Part shown: positions 39,769 through 49,860 of the stretch, one piece after another
Layout of the letters: each line of letters opens with the position of its first letter
Numbering within the stretch: position 1 is the first letter of the stretch
IMG/VR virus record: IMGVR_UViG_3300025449_000010
Span: 8,068 to 72,067 of that record
Direction: 5' to 3' (one strand)
DNA length: 64,000 nucleotides
Origin: a virus
Position numbers and translations under genes: made by a program
The notes under the pieces: generated by a model
Database searches by the model: none
The model's input: the letters and a program-made list of their open reading frames with translations, nothing else
What the model was told of the DNA's origin: nothing

Positions 39769-42700
39769 ATGCCTGTCAACACCTACCTCTCCAATCCAAT
39801 CTATCAGGATAAATATACCCGAGCCAGCGGCTGGAAGAAACTACTATTCACTCCAGGGGGTACCCTGCAGGCTGGGGAACTGATAGAGCTGCAGTCCATG
39901 CTGGCAGATCAGAACAGTCAGCTGATGGAGGCCATGTACGCCAATGGAGCTATTCTGAATGGGGTGGTGGGAACTGTCAGCGGCAATACGCTGAAGTTTT
40001 CAGCTGGTCAGGTATACTTCTCAGGCTATGTACTGGATATTCCCAGTCAATCTATTACACTGCCCGATACCTTATCTCACAATGTATACCTACTAGTTAC
40101 TGAGACCATCACTGAACAGGTATCGAATAATACACTCAACACCTCTGGATCTGCCGATATACTGGTCTGGAAACCATCAATTCAGCTAGGCAGCGGAGAT
40201 GCACTGCTAGGTACGATCAATAATGGGATATATGTGGCAGCCTCACCTCGTGGACTGATAGATGACCGCATAGGATCATTTCTCCATGATCTCTACGGTA
40301 ATTATCAGGTCTCAGGACTAGACACCACAGTAGTCCAGAGCAGTACCCCCACATCCACATCTGTAACCTCATCCGATATAGCACCCCTGCAGTCAGAACT
40401 GGCAGCACTCAATACCTACATTACACAGCTGCAGAATCTGGCCGGCACTAACCTCAATAGCACCACACTGGTATCCAGCCTGAGCACTGAGATAACCCAG
40501 AGACAGGCAGATGCCAATGCCCTCAGGATCAGGATAGGTGCCCTGCAGTCAGGAGGTACAACACAGCAGATAATCCGGAACAGCGCCAACTTCGATATTA
40601 ATCCAGGTACCGCCTATATTGGAGGGAAGCTGATTACAACCACTGGCACATCCCTGGTAGTCCCGATGGATAATATAGGCTCAGCTGCTGTGACTGGAGC
40701 TCAATACAGTGGAGTCAGTGCCGCCAGTCAGATAATTAACTTCACACAGACGACTGCTCCCAAGCCTGCCATCAATTTTACCATAACATCTAGTAATGGT
40801 GTACTGACCAGTGCCGCCTCTCTCTATGCAGGAGACGTGGTCTATGCAGTATCCCCCGCAATCAGTCCTCTGACGGTGGGAGTCCCCTATACCATCTCAT
40901 ACCTGAGTAGCGGTACTCTGTCCCTAGCTCAGAGCGGACTGCCTGCCCTGAAACTACCCAGCGGTGTATATTCGCTGAATAGACCTGCCCAGAACTACCT
41001 GCAGTTGTCCTTCGCAGGACTCCCATCAGACCCCATTATCTCAGCTATCACCATTGCGACCACGGTACAGGGAATACCAGATGCCCTGCAGGATATAGTC
41101 AATCTACTGAACGGTCAGACCAGCAGCGCAACTGTCACCTCATCTGCCACAGATGGTCGCAGCACTGCGGGTATTATAGCCTTGCTGAATGAGCATATGA
41201 CGCTATCGCTCAATGGTAATGCCCTGGAGATAACAGCCAAGCCCGTACCTAATCTGCAAAATATAACACTGAATATCACTACAGCAGGCGGCACCACCTC
41301 TGACTGGACATCTGGTAACCTATTCAGAACTGTACAGGCATCCTATACCCTGGGATTCCAGCCAGTAATTGAGGTGACCCAGGTACTGGGGGTAGTTCAG
41401 GTAACCGGTCAGGCAATGACCAGGGGAGCGCTATCTGGTGGTAGAGATTCCATAGGCAGCACCAGCCTGGTGGAACTACTGAGAGTATGGCAGGGCACTA
41501 CAGTATATGTCCTGGGGGTGGACTATACCCTGTACAATACCACCGATATAGACTGGACACGTTCACTCACCTCAGGAAATCAACCTGCACTGGGTTCGAC
41601 CTACTACATCAGCTATACGCAGAATATTCCCATCACCGACTATACACTGAGTAATGGGGCAATTAAGTTTAACAGGCAGGTACCCATATCCTTCACTGTC
41701 AACTACAGTTATTCCCTGAATGTAGCTGGACTGATCACCCTGGATGCCAGCGGTAATTTCAACTATCTACTATCAGCACCCTCAGCCCAGCCCACAGCAC
41801 CCGCCACTCCTGACAATGTACTGGCAGTTGCCCGATTCAACATGAACAGCAGCAGTGTTACAGTAACTGCTGCCACTGAGAGTAAGGCTCTGAGCTACGT
41901 ACAACTCAATCAGCTGGCAGATACAGTTCAGGCAACTGCCAGTCAACTGGCCTCTCTGCAGTTACAGATCAGCAGTGGTAACAGCAATGGACTACTACCG
42001 ATAGTGGCAGACCTATTCCATGACCTCTCGCAGCTGGACTTCTCCAGTGATAGCTTTACTGCCAGCCTGTCACCTATCACTCAGACAATCACACAGGGCA
42101 TACAGCATGCCACTATACCTCTCAGAGCATCAGGTTCGTCAGCCAATCTCAGCAACACTGCTGTAACTAATAGTCAGAATACACGGAGTATATCTCAGCC
42201 CCTGAGTGCCAGCTATGCCAGTCAGGTTCGCATATACTCTACCGATGCCAATCAATTCATCTGCTCAACTGATGGATTCTATCCCTGTGACCAGATATCT
42301 CCTCAGACCAGTGATATATCATCTCAGGTTCTCTCCGCTGTCACCAATCTCTGGGGCGGCGCCGCCCTCTCCATAGCAGATGGAATAACACAGGGAATAC
42401 CCTACCGTAATTTCTCTGCCAGTAGGGGCTATATTACCTCGCTATCTCAGGCAACTGCACCCAGAACAGTGGTCAACATACGTCTGGAGGAACTGCATAA
42501 TCAGCCCTACAGCTTCACATGGCGTGGAAACCCTGTCTCCCTGGGCAGTGCCCTATACGGTAGCTTCGATATCATCACCAATCCAACACTGGACGTAGTG
42601 ACTGGGTTCTTCAAATCCAATGGACTGTTACCATCATCCAGCAGTGGCTGGAGCATCAGTGATGGGGTCATTGCAGGTAAATTCTACATACCTGCAGGTA

Positions 42701-43845
42701 CACCCCCAGGAAACTACGCACTGCAGGTAAGTGGGCCAGATGGACACTCAGGTACCCTGGGCATCTCAGTCTATAACAATACCCTGCAGCAGACTGCCCT
42801 GACAGCGGCTCAGAGGTGGCTAGGCTATCCTCCTGTCTACTCAGTAGTGTCAGACTACCTATATCACACCGTTGATCCGTACATGTCAGGACTGAATCAG
42901 GCGATATCAATCACTGACACAATTCAGCTACTGGGAATATACATCTACATCCGCACCATAGGTACGGGCAACATGAGATTAATCCTGCGCAGTGGAGATG
43001 TCGTAGTCTCAATCGGAGACCCAGTCAATATGACAACAGGACTCCCTACACTATTCAAGTTTCCAGAGGTGGTTACTCTCCCTCCTGGAAACTACAGTAT
43101 CGGACTAGAGGGAACAGGCTATGAGGTCTGGACAGGTGATTTCACCGTAGATCCGTCCATAATCTATCAACCAGGGATGCTCTCCACCAGTCTGACTGGA
43201 CTAGACCAGACAGTATTACCCAGCCAGAGACTGGCATATTTCTTCATCGAACCCAGCTACAGTGCGACCACAATTAACCTAGGTACCTATACAACCTCAG
43301 ACCTGCCTAATTCCATACAGGCATTTGCCCTGAATATCAGGGCCACTATTCCCAGTGGAAGCTCAGTCACATATCAATACAGTGTCAATAATACTCTCTG
43401 GACCAGCTTCGACCCCTTCACTACAGTCTGCCTGTCCAGTCCGACCACCACACTGTATCTGCAGGCACTGCTAAACGGTAATCTGACTCCACTGCTACGT
43501 ACCTCTGGTGCTACGGTATCCCTATACAGCTTCATTAACAACAGCAATGCAGTCAGTAAGGCAATCAGCACCTCGGGCTATTCTCAGGTAACGATGAACA
43601 TAGTAGCCAGCGGTCAGCCCCAGGTATATGTCCAGAATGAGACAGACATCCAGAATGGGATATATACATCACTGGCATTGGTGCCATCTAAGACCACTAC
43701 TGTAGACAGCAGTCTGGGAGTCAGCAGCTATACCTATACAGGCAATTACTCCAGCGATTCGACTCAGACTACCCATTCCCTGACCTATAGTCTGGCACTG
43801 AGCGGCAATATGTACATCTATTCAGCCACAGTGAGTACCAGTTAA
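39769..43845 (+). CDS. DUF4815-like large virion structural/tail protein
   Basis: Y.D.Y....W..LLF.PG..LQA.EL.E.QS at the N-terminus; I.PG.AY..G; beta-rich body. Confidence 0.75.
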   Translation: MPVNTYLSNPIYQDKYTRASGWKKLLFTPGGTLQAGELIELQSMLADQNSQLMEAMYANGAILNGVVGTVSGNTLKFSAGQVYFSGYVLDIPSQSITLPDTLSHNVYLLVTETITEQVSNNTLNTSGSADILVWKPSIQLGSGDALLGTINNGIYVAASPRGLIDDRIGSFLHDLYGNYQVSGLDTTVVQSSTPTSTSVTSSDIAPLQSELAALNTYITQLQNLAGTNLNSTTLVSSLSTEITQRQADANALRIRIGALQSGGTTQQIIRNSANFDINPGTAYIGGKLITTTGTSLVVPMDNIGSAAVTGAQYSGVSAASQIINFTQTTAPKPAINFTITSSNGVLTSAASLYAGDVVYAVSPAISPLTVGVPYTISYLSSGTLSLAQSGLPALKLPSGVYSLNRPAQNYLQLSFAGLPSDPIISAITIATTVQGIPDALQDIVNLLNGQTSSATVTSSATDGRSTAGIIALLNEHMTLSLNGNALEITAKPVPNLQNITLNITTAGGTTSDWTSGNLFRTVQASYTLGFQPVIEVTQVLGVVQVTGQAMTRGALSGGRDSIGSTSLVELLRVWQGTTVYVLGVDYTLYNTTDIDWTRSLTSGNQPALGSTYYISYTQNIPITDYTLSNGAIKFNRQVPISFTVNYSYSLNVAGLITLDASGNFNYLLSAPSAQPTAPATPDNVLAVARFNMNSSSVTVTAATESKALSYVQLNQLADTVQATASQLASLQLQISSGNSNGLLPIVADLFHDLSQLDFSSDSFTASLSPITQTITQGIQHATIPLRASGSSANLSNTAVTNSQNTRSISQPLSASYASQVRIYSTDANQFICSTDGFYPCDQISPQTSDISSQVLSAVTNLWGGAALSIADGITQGIPYRNFSASRGYITSLSQATAPRTVVNIRLEELHNQPYSFTWRGNPVSLGSALYGSFDIITNPTLDVVTGFFKSNGLLPSSSSGWSISDGVIAGKFYIPAGTPPGNYALQVSGPDGHSGTLGISVYNNTLQQTALTAAQRWLGYPPVYSVVSDYLYHTVDPYMSGLNQAISITDTIQLLGIYIYIRTIGTGNMRLILRSGDVVVSIGDPVNMTTGLPTLFKFPEVVTLPPGNYSIGLEGTGYEVWTGDFTVDPSIIYQPGMLSTSLTGLDQTVLPSQRLAYFFIEPSYSATTINLGTYTTSDLPNSIQAFALNIRATIPSGSSVTYQYSVNNTLWTSFDPFTTVCLSSPTTTLYLQALLNGNLTPLLRTSGATVSLYSFINNSNAVSKAISTSGYSQVTMNIVASGQPQVYVQNETDIQNGIYTSLALVPSKTTTVDSSLGVSSYTYTGNYSSDSTQTTHSLTYSLALSGNMYIYSATVSTS

Positions 43846-46091
43846 TGGATATTAAATACCTCTTCAAGACTGGCGATCTATTATCTACCGCTGATCTCAA
43901 CGGGGCGATAGATATTCTAATCAACCAGCAGAACTGCATAGCATCATCCCTGGGCGGTCCATGGTTCATCCTGGGGGGACTGGATGTGACAGTAGTTGGG
44001 AATCAACTGGCAATCACGGATGGCTATTTCTACGCCCAGGATCAGGGCTGCATAGTAGAGGTAAATGGCGGCACCTATAATTCTCCAGTCTATATTTACT
44101 ATAAGATTAATAACAGACAATACCCAGATCCACAGCAGGGTCCATCCTCAGGACTGGGTGCTAAACACTATGCTGTACAGGGTATCCTGACATCAGACCT
44201 GTCGATACCACGACTATACAACTATCTATATCGCCCCTTTGTCACATTGGGATCCAATGGAACTGTCAAGATAGCTGCACAGACCAGTATTCAGACACCC
44301 CTACCGACAGTACCTGACCATATTCGCTGTGGACTGACAGTCCGCTCAGCAGGCGGAGTTATTGAGGTGGAGAAGGGGCAGGGATACTATCGCAGTCAGG
44401 TGGTATATGTCAATCAGCCATCTATCTTCAGCCTAGATGCAGCCAATCCCTATATTAATCTCAATATGAGCGGTCTCTATCAGTCTCCAGTATCAGCTGA
44501 CCTGAACATAGCGTATGTGACTGGCACAGCTGTATGGTGTAATCTGAATAGAAATGTCTCACTGACCAGACAACATGCCCTGCTGACTCAGAATGCAGCC
44601 AACCAGAGCCTACTGATAAATCTATCTGCCAACGCTAATCAGACATATCTATCTAGTCTGGGTGTGTATATAGATTATCTGACATCCAACTCCACATCAG
44701 ATACCAATAACACACTCTATAATGCTGTATTCAGTAATGGGAAGGTATACTCAGGCGGCACTCCAGTAGCACCTGGCAGTATCAACTACAGCTCAGGAAA
44801 TATTATCTATCTGAATAAGTATCCCCTCGCCCTGACAATTCCCTACACCAACAGCAGTAATAATATATTAACAGGAACAACTAATCAACCTATCATGGCT
44901 ACAGCAGTTCCCTGTGCGGAGTATGATGGCAACCTGGTGTTCATCCACGGTGCCGCCCCAAATCAAGCCTATACAATAACAGACTACAGTAACTCCGCAT
45001 ATTCCCTGACATCAATAGGAGCAGTAGATACCTCACAGACTACTGACAGTAATGGTATGGCTCAGGTCAGTCTGACTCCCCAGAATAATAATCCAATTAA
45101 GGTTACTGTGGGATCTAGCGGTCTGAGAGTACCCAGGAACAACAGCAATATTAATCCCACCCCATCAATCAGACAGCAGATAACTATCACCGCTGGAGCT
45201 ATGTGGTCAGGACTATCCGTAGGTGGTAAGGGTTCAGCCTATGTCTATCTGATCAAGGGAGTTCAGATAGTCAGTTGGCTGTATGCTACAGGAAACAGTA
45301 ACATACTATATGGTAATTTCAGAATACCTATATACGTGGCTCCAGGTACCTATTACATAGCAATTTCAGCTAACACAGATAGCAGCATCAATCTAACCGC
45401 AGGTGCATCAGCCCAGATTGCCTCAGGTGGCGACTGGAGCTTCATAGCCGGTAATATATCCTGGACACCTGTAGTTGCAACACCCACCAGTCAAGCCACC
45501 ACATCAAGCGTAACTATAACTACTGTCAGTCCATTCAGATACATACAGCCGAACATAGTATCCACCAATCCCCCCAACTGCACTGTCAGCTCAGCTAACC
45601 AGACCAACAGCTCAGGGTACAGCGGTGTAATTAATCTCAATCTGCAGGGAGGTACAGGTACCTTCCCAGTAGTGGATCTGCAGGCAACTAACTATACCCT
45701 CTATAACGATACGAACCTGGCATCATGGATCAGAGATGAGATAGACGTACCCATGGCATTTACTAATCTAGAAGTCAGTCTAGATGCCATGATATCTGGT
45801 CAGGGATCGCTACTGGTCTATATCAGCTCTAACGGCGGTCAGACATGGGAACAGTTAGATATGATCAGCACTACATTACTGAACCCTGCCAGTGGACTCA
45901 GTCGCTATCTCTACGGTGCCGCCCTAACATCATCTGTAACTATAGTAGATTCCAATAACAATTCAACAACTATACCCAGAACCAGATTAAAACTACGAAT
46001 AGATTTCAAGAATACAGATAACAAGACATACTTCCAGCGTATTGCTATTAATACTAATCCTGGACCACTCTCTCAAAAAGTCGTTAAATGA
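43845..46091 (+). CDS. Tail/baseplate-fibre protein, possible divergent paralogue of the preceding gene
   Basis: F..GD.L...DLN....I..GL.V N-terminus; C-terminal S..GGQTW; TAATG coupling to the preceding gene. Confidence 0.55.
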   Translation: MDIKYLFKTGDLLSTADLNGAIDILINQQNCIASSLGGPWFILGGLDVTVVGNQLAITDGYFYAQDQGCIVEVNGGTYNSPVYIYYKINNRQYPDPQQGPSSGLGAKHYAVQGILTSDLSIPRLYNYLYRPFVTLGSNGTVKIAAQTSIQTPLPTVPDHIRCGLTVRSAGGVIEVEKGQGYYRSQVVYVNQPSIFSLDAANPYINLNMSGLYQSPVSADLNIAYVTGTAVWCNLNRNVSLTRQHALLTQNAANQSLLINLSANANQTYLSSLGVYIDYLTSNSTSDTNNTLYNAVFSNGKVYSGGTPVAPGSINYSSGNIIYLNKYPLALTIPYTNSSNNILTGTTNQPIMATAVPCAEYDGNLVFIHGAAPNQAYTITDYSNSAYSLTSIGAVDTSQTTDSNGMAQVSLTPQNNNPIKVTVGSSGLRVPRNNSNINPTPSIRQQITITAGAMWSGLSVGGKGSAYVYLIKGVQIVSWLYATGNSNILYGNFRIPIYVAPGTYYIAISANTDSSINLTAGASAQIASGGDWSFIAGNISWTPVVATPTSQATTSSVTITTVSPFRYIQPNIVSTNPPNCTVSSANQTNSSGYSGVINLNLQGGTGTFPVVDLQATNYTLYNDTNLASWIRDEIDVPMAFTNLEVSLDAMISGQGSLLVYISSNGGQTWEQLDMISTTLLNPASGLSRYLYGAALTSSVTIVDSNNNSTTIPRTRLKLRIDFKNTDNKTYFQRIAINTNPGPLSQKVVK

Positions 46092-46139
46092 CCTGCTCAT
46101 TCATTTTATTCGTCCTCTCCGGATCTGGCGTATTAGCGT

Positions 46140-46276
46140 CCGCGTAGCGGCTTGCACTTGTAGCAATGTGGTAGACTGCGATCGGGACTGGGTGAAGATA
46201 GCCCTGGCTCTCTACCTGCCCGTATCACTTCACCCAGTCCTCGCAGGCGTCAAACCACATGCGAAAAGTGACGCGG
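46140..46276. other. Long imperfect GC-rich hairpin next to the replication origin
   Basis: Nested arms: CCGCGT/ACGCGG, CACTT/AAGTG, ATGTGGT/ACCACAT, CTGCGA/TCGCAG, GGACTGGGTGAAG/CTTCACCCAGTCC. Confidence 0.75.
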
Positions 46277-46296
46277 GATTCAGTTCCCTACCATAT

Positions 46297-46368
46297 AGAT
46301 TAAAGAAGATTAGCAAAAAAAAATTAAAAGATTAAAATAAGATTAGAATATAGATTAAATAAAGATTA
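46297..46368. repeat. AT-rich putative DNA-unwinding element with phased AGATTA repeats
   Basis: AGATTA at 46297, 46307, 46329, 46340, 46352 and 46363. Confidence 0.6.
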
Positions 46369-46436
46369 GCGCTGAAGTTTGTAATGTTGAAAACACAGTC
46401 CTATCAACCCATACAGTCATTTATTATTTTAAAAAA

Positions 46437-46580
46437 TCTACTTACAGCGTCGAAGGATTCTACTCACAGCGTCGAAGGATTCTACTCACAGCGTCGAAGG
46501 ATTCTACTCACAGCGTCGAAAATTATTGATTTCAATCTACCCACAGCGTCGAAGGATTCTACTCACAGCGTCGAAAATTA
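46437..46580. repeat. 22-bp iterons (TCTACTCACAGCGTCGAAGGAT)
   Basis: Copies at 46437, 46459, 46481, 46503, 46536 and 46558 (spacing 22,22,22,33,22); variants at 46653, 46831 and 47012; adjacent to the TrfA-like gene. Confidence 0.88.
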
Positions 46581-46608
46581 TTAATCAATTAAAAGATTCT
46601 AATTAACT

Positions 46609-47040
46609 TGACGACACATAATTTGTCACTGTGCATAGATTATTGACTTCCATCTACCTACAACGTCGAAAATTATTAATCAATTAAAAGATTTTAATTA
46701 ACTCGAAGACAATAATTTGTCACGACGACACATAATTTGGCATGACGACATTAATTTGTCACTGGCGACATATAATTTGTCACTGTACACGACACATAAT
46801 TTGTCACTGTGCATAGATTATTGACTTCCATCTACCTACAACGTCGAAAATTATTAATCAATTAAGAAATTTTAATTAACTCGACGACAATAATTTGTCA
46901 CGACGACACATAATTTGGCATGACGACATTAATTTGTCACTGGCGACATATAATTTGTCACTGTACATGACGACACATAATTTGTCACTGTGCATAGATT
47001 ATTAACTTCCATCTACCCACAGCGTCGAAAATTATTGATT
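46609..47040. repeat. ~180-bp tandem repeat (about 2.4 copies) built from ~20-bp GACGACACATAATTTGTCAC units plus one iteron
   Basis: The unit restarts at 46613, 46791 and 46972. Confidence 0.85.
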
Positions 47041-47042
47041 AC

Positions 47043-47816
47043 TCAATTTTTTTTAATAAGGTTACTCTTATTAACTATTATTAGGTTGTTTTTAAATTCA
47101 AAGTTAACTAGAAAGTTAATTTTGACTAACTCATTAAGTGCCTTCTTAATTAACTGTTTAAACTTATCCTTATCTTTACATTGACTACCAGTAATTTTAT
47201 ATATAAAATCTAATGAAACTGGAACTGGTTTACTATGAGAACTATAATATTCAGATAATTTTAATGCTAACGGTTTCTGTCTTAATAGTTTTCTAATATT
47301 CATATCTATACCTGTCCAATCATTGTTGTAGAACAGATTTACGATATCTTTATTTAATTTGATTTTATATTTTTTAGTACTTTCATCTAATATACCTGCA
47401 TGAATTAAACTGCCAAAATATTTGCGATCTTGAAACTTAATAACAACAGCGCAGGCTGTCATTCTAATAAGAGAATTAAAAAGACTTTCATACTGATCGC
47501 CTCCCTTGCTCTTACCCATGCGGTTTAAAATATCAGAACCGCTGATACTTATATTTTCATTTAATTTATGATTTTTAACCAGGTCAACAACAGCCATCCA
47601 AACATCTAGATCATCACCATTTAACTGCTCTCCTGTGTATTGAATTTCGTAACCATTCTGCGAAAATATTACCTTATGTTTCATATTTTCACGACTACCA
47701 GACCTAATAGCTGCAAACAATGCGCTCCTGAGCAGTACATTAGGCGAAACAACGCTGTCTGCAGAAACTTTAAACAGAGGTAATTGAATAGCTATCTCGT
47801 CTTTATCACTTATCAT
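47043..47816 (-). CDS. TrfA-family plasmid replication initiator
   Basis: PN.LLRSALF, YTGEQL..DDLDVW, GSLI, LA..L..YYSSH..P.P....I....GS. Confidence 0.88.
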   Translation of the reverse strand: MISDKDEIAIQLPLFKVSADSVVSPNVLLRSALFAAIRSGSRENMKHKVIFSQNGYEIQYTGEQLNGDDLDVWMAVVDLVKNHKLNENISISGSDILNRMGKSKGGDQYESLFNSLIRMTACAVVIKFQDRKYFGSLIHAGILDESTKKYKIKLNKDIVNLFYNNDWTGIDMNIRKLLRQKPLALKLSEYYSSHSKPVPVSLDFIYKITGSQCKDKDKFKQLIKKALNELVKINFLVNFEFKNNLIIVNKSNLIKKN

Positions 47817-48567
47817 CAGTAACTACTCGAGAAATTGCTTCAATAGTAGCATCTGTTCCTCCATATTGTGAAGGTAGACCTGACCTTATCAGGGCATTCT
47901 TATATGATTCTGATTCTACAATTGATGGAAATACTCTTAAACCATATTCACTGAATTTATTTAATGCAGTTTTACTGATATTTGTCATATTGCTGCCGAT
48001 GATCTTAGTCCTAAATGGAATAATGCCTTCCACAACTCCAGTAAATATCTCATTCAATCTCAGCTCATCAACAGTTGCTAATGTCATTTTAAGGCTAGTA
48101 CATCCCTTATCATTAGCTTCTACGGGAATTAAAAGCATATCTGCGCTAGAATAGGCTGCCAGAGTTAACTGCGAAAGTGCAGGTGGAGTATCTATAATAA
48201 TGATCTCTGCATAGTCAGTTAATGGTCTAATATGCCGGCGAAAATATGACGTTGCATTACCAGATGATGACAGTATTTCAGGTACGCCAATTGAATACTT
48301 ATTGGCAGGTATGAGCCACAGATTAGATTCTACATCCAACATAGCCCCTGCTGCAGATGAGCGTTCCTGGGGATTTAAAATATTCAAGAGAGTTGTAGAT
48401 TCTATAGGAACATTTATACCACTATACTGTGTAGTATTAGCCTGGGGATCGGTATCTATCAGTATTGTGCCAACTCCCAGTCTGGCTAGGTATCTAGAAA
48501 GCATTAACGCTACTGTACTCTTACCCTGACCACCTGACAGTGAGCCAATTGTCACGATTCTAGCCAT
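47806..48567 (-). CDS. parA: ParA family partition ATPase
   Basis: Deviant Walker A SLSGGQGKST, IDTDPQAN, IIIDTPP. Confidence 0.92.
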   Translation of the reverse strand: MARIVTIGSLSGGQGKSTVALMLSRYLARLGVGTILIDTDPQANTTQYSGINVPIESTTLLNILNPQERSSAAGAMLDVESNLWLIPANKYSIGVPEILSSSGNATSYFRRHIRPLTDYAEIIIIDTPPALSQLTLAAYSSADMLLIPVEANDKGCTSLKMTLATVDELRLNEIFTGVVEGIIPFRTKIIGSNMTNISKTALNKFSEYGLRVFPSIVESESYKNALIRSGLPSQYGGTDATIEAISRVVTDDK

Positions 48568-48651
48568 ACAAGTAATGTAATAATTAATTTATTCTTATAT
48601 TATACGTGGATAGCGGGTTAACATATAGAAATACAGATCACATGGATAATC

Positions 48652-49572
48652 ATGGCTAAAAGTAAGATTCAAGCAGTTATTCCTGAAATTGTTGAAGACA
48701 AGATAAATGCAATTACCAGTCCATCCTCTCAGCATGAATTAAATAGATTGGAAGCTAAGGTCAGGACTAGCTTTATTGAGGGTGCCCGGGCTCTCAAGGA
48801 GATAAATGAGAAGAAATTATATCTGATAGCTGGCTACACAAACTTCGAGAACTACTGCATGGAGAGGTTTGCTATTGGTCGAAGTCTAGCCTATCTGCGT
48901 ATAAATGGTTTTAAATATGTAGATCATTTTCAGAATGTAAAGAACCTGCCTGCTGATCAATTACCAACTTCAGAAAGACAGACCAGGGCCTTCGTGAAGG
49001 AACGTCTAGAACTAAATGAAGCATACGATCTCTGGGTGTCAGCCATTAAATCTAATAACAGACTTCCCAGCGGGCCAGACGTTGAATACCTAATTAGACA
49101 GCGTAAGGTCAAGGTCGAATACACCATCACAGTAGGTGACTACGTCCAAATATCTAGACTAGCCCTATCAGAATCTGCCAGACATCTCTATGGGGAGTGT
49201 GTTGGTGTTAACCAGGAAAGTGAAGAGGTAGAGTTACTGACTGCTAAGGGATTGCATACTGTTAGATTAAGCGATGTTAAACCCATTAAGAATGGGAAGA
49301 TACTCAGAAACCAGATAGAACGTCTCAGCAATCTTCCAGTTAAGAAGTTAGATCCATCCTCCAATATGCTCTTTAACTACTGGAGTCACAGAGCTGAAGA
49401 ACTAACACCAATGGAATTCAGAATGTTAGATCTAATAGAGGATGCCTACAGAAAAGAAGCAGATGTATCTCAACCTGAGATTAAAGTTCTTAAGACATCC
49501 AGTGAAGGCAGAATTAATACCCCTCGTAATAGCTCAATGGCAAATAAACGGGGCAGGAAACGATCTCAATAG
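48652..49572 (+). CDS. ParA-associated DNA-binding protein (cyanobacterial plasmid type, putative ParB substitute)
   Basis: LE..V...F.E...AL.EI....LY...Y.NFE.YC.ERF...R..AY..I...LPTSERQ.R; divergent from parA. Confidence 0.65.
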   Translation: MAKSKIQAVIPEIVEDKINAITSPSSQHELNRLEAKVRTSFIEGARALKEINEKKLYLIAGYTNFENYCMERFAIGRSLAYLRINGFKYVDHFQNVKNLPADQLPTSERQTRAFVKERLELNEAYDLWVSAIKSNNRLPSGPDVEYLIRQRKVKVEYTITVGDYVQISRLALSESARHLYGECVGVNQESEEVELLTAKGLHTVRLSDVKPIKNGKILRNQIERLSNLPVKKLDPSSNMLFNYWSHRAEELTPMEFRMLDLIEDAYRKEADVSQPEIKVLKTSSEGRINTPRNSSMANKRGRKRSQ

Positions 49573-49858
49573 ATTACAACAACTAACTGGTCTGGCGGCA
49601 CCGCTACTGGGTATATTGGCATCGTTTTTAACCTGTGTACCCATTAATGCGCTCAGTAATGCTCAATTAAACTATCTGGCGGCGCTGCCTCTAACTAATG
49701 CCTATATTAATCCGCCAGATGCCAGTCTATTTAAATGGACATCACCGCAATTTTCTACAGGTGTAACCACTTCCCCCGCAATAAGTGGTTACCTACTGGG
49801 ACAAGCTAGTTACAATCTAGCTGCCTGGATAGAGTATGTAGTATCGGTGGGGGGTTAG
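49463..49858 (+). CDS. Hypothetical protein (start uncertain)
   Basis: ORF ends 2 nt before the next gene; its 5' part overlaps the partner gene. Confidence 0.45.
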   Translation: MYLNLRLKFLRHPVKAELIPLVIAQWQINGAGNDLNRLQQLTGLAAPLLGILASFLTCVPINALSNAQLNYLAALPLTNAYINPPDASLFKWTSPQFSTGVTTSPAISGYLLGQASYNLAAWIEYVVSVGG

Positions 49859-49860
49859 TT

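Noticed and set aside
19302-46091. Stand-alone contractile injection system or tailocin
   Set aside because: Portal, proteases, capsid and terminase are present, so this is a head-containing phage.
46178-46185. Canonical cyanobacterial HIP1 (GCGATCGC) enrichment
   Set aside because: Only near-matches were noticed (e.g. GCGATCGG); HIP1 is not evidently iterated here, so it gives no support for the host call.
46140-46276. Protelomerase (telRL) site of a linear phage-plasmid
   Set aside because: The hairpin is interrupted and has a large loop rather than being a near-perfect palindrome; no protelomerase gene in the window.
46437-47040. CRISPR array
   Set aside because: Repeats are directly tandem or separated by repeated, non-unique sequence; no cas genes; the position next to a Rep gene indicates iterons.
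46042-47184. ORFs 46042..46335, 46384..46584 and 46990..47184
   Set aside because: They translate hairpin and iteron DNA, giving repetitive peptides; better explained as origin sequence.
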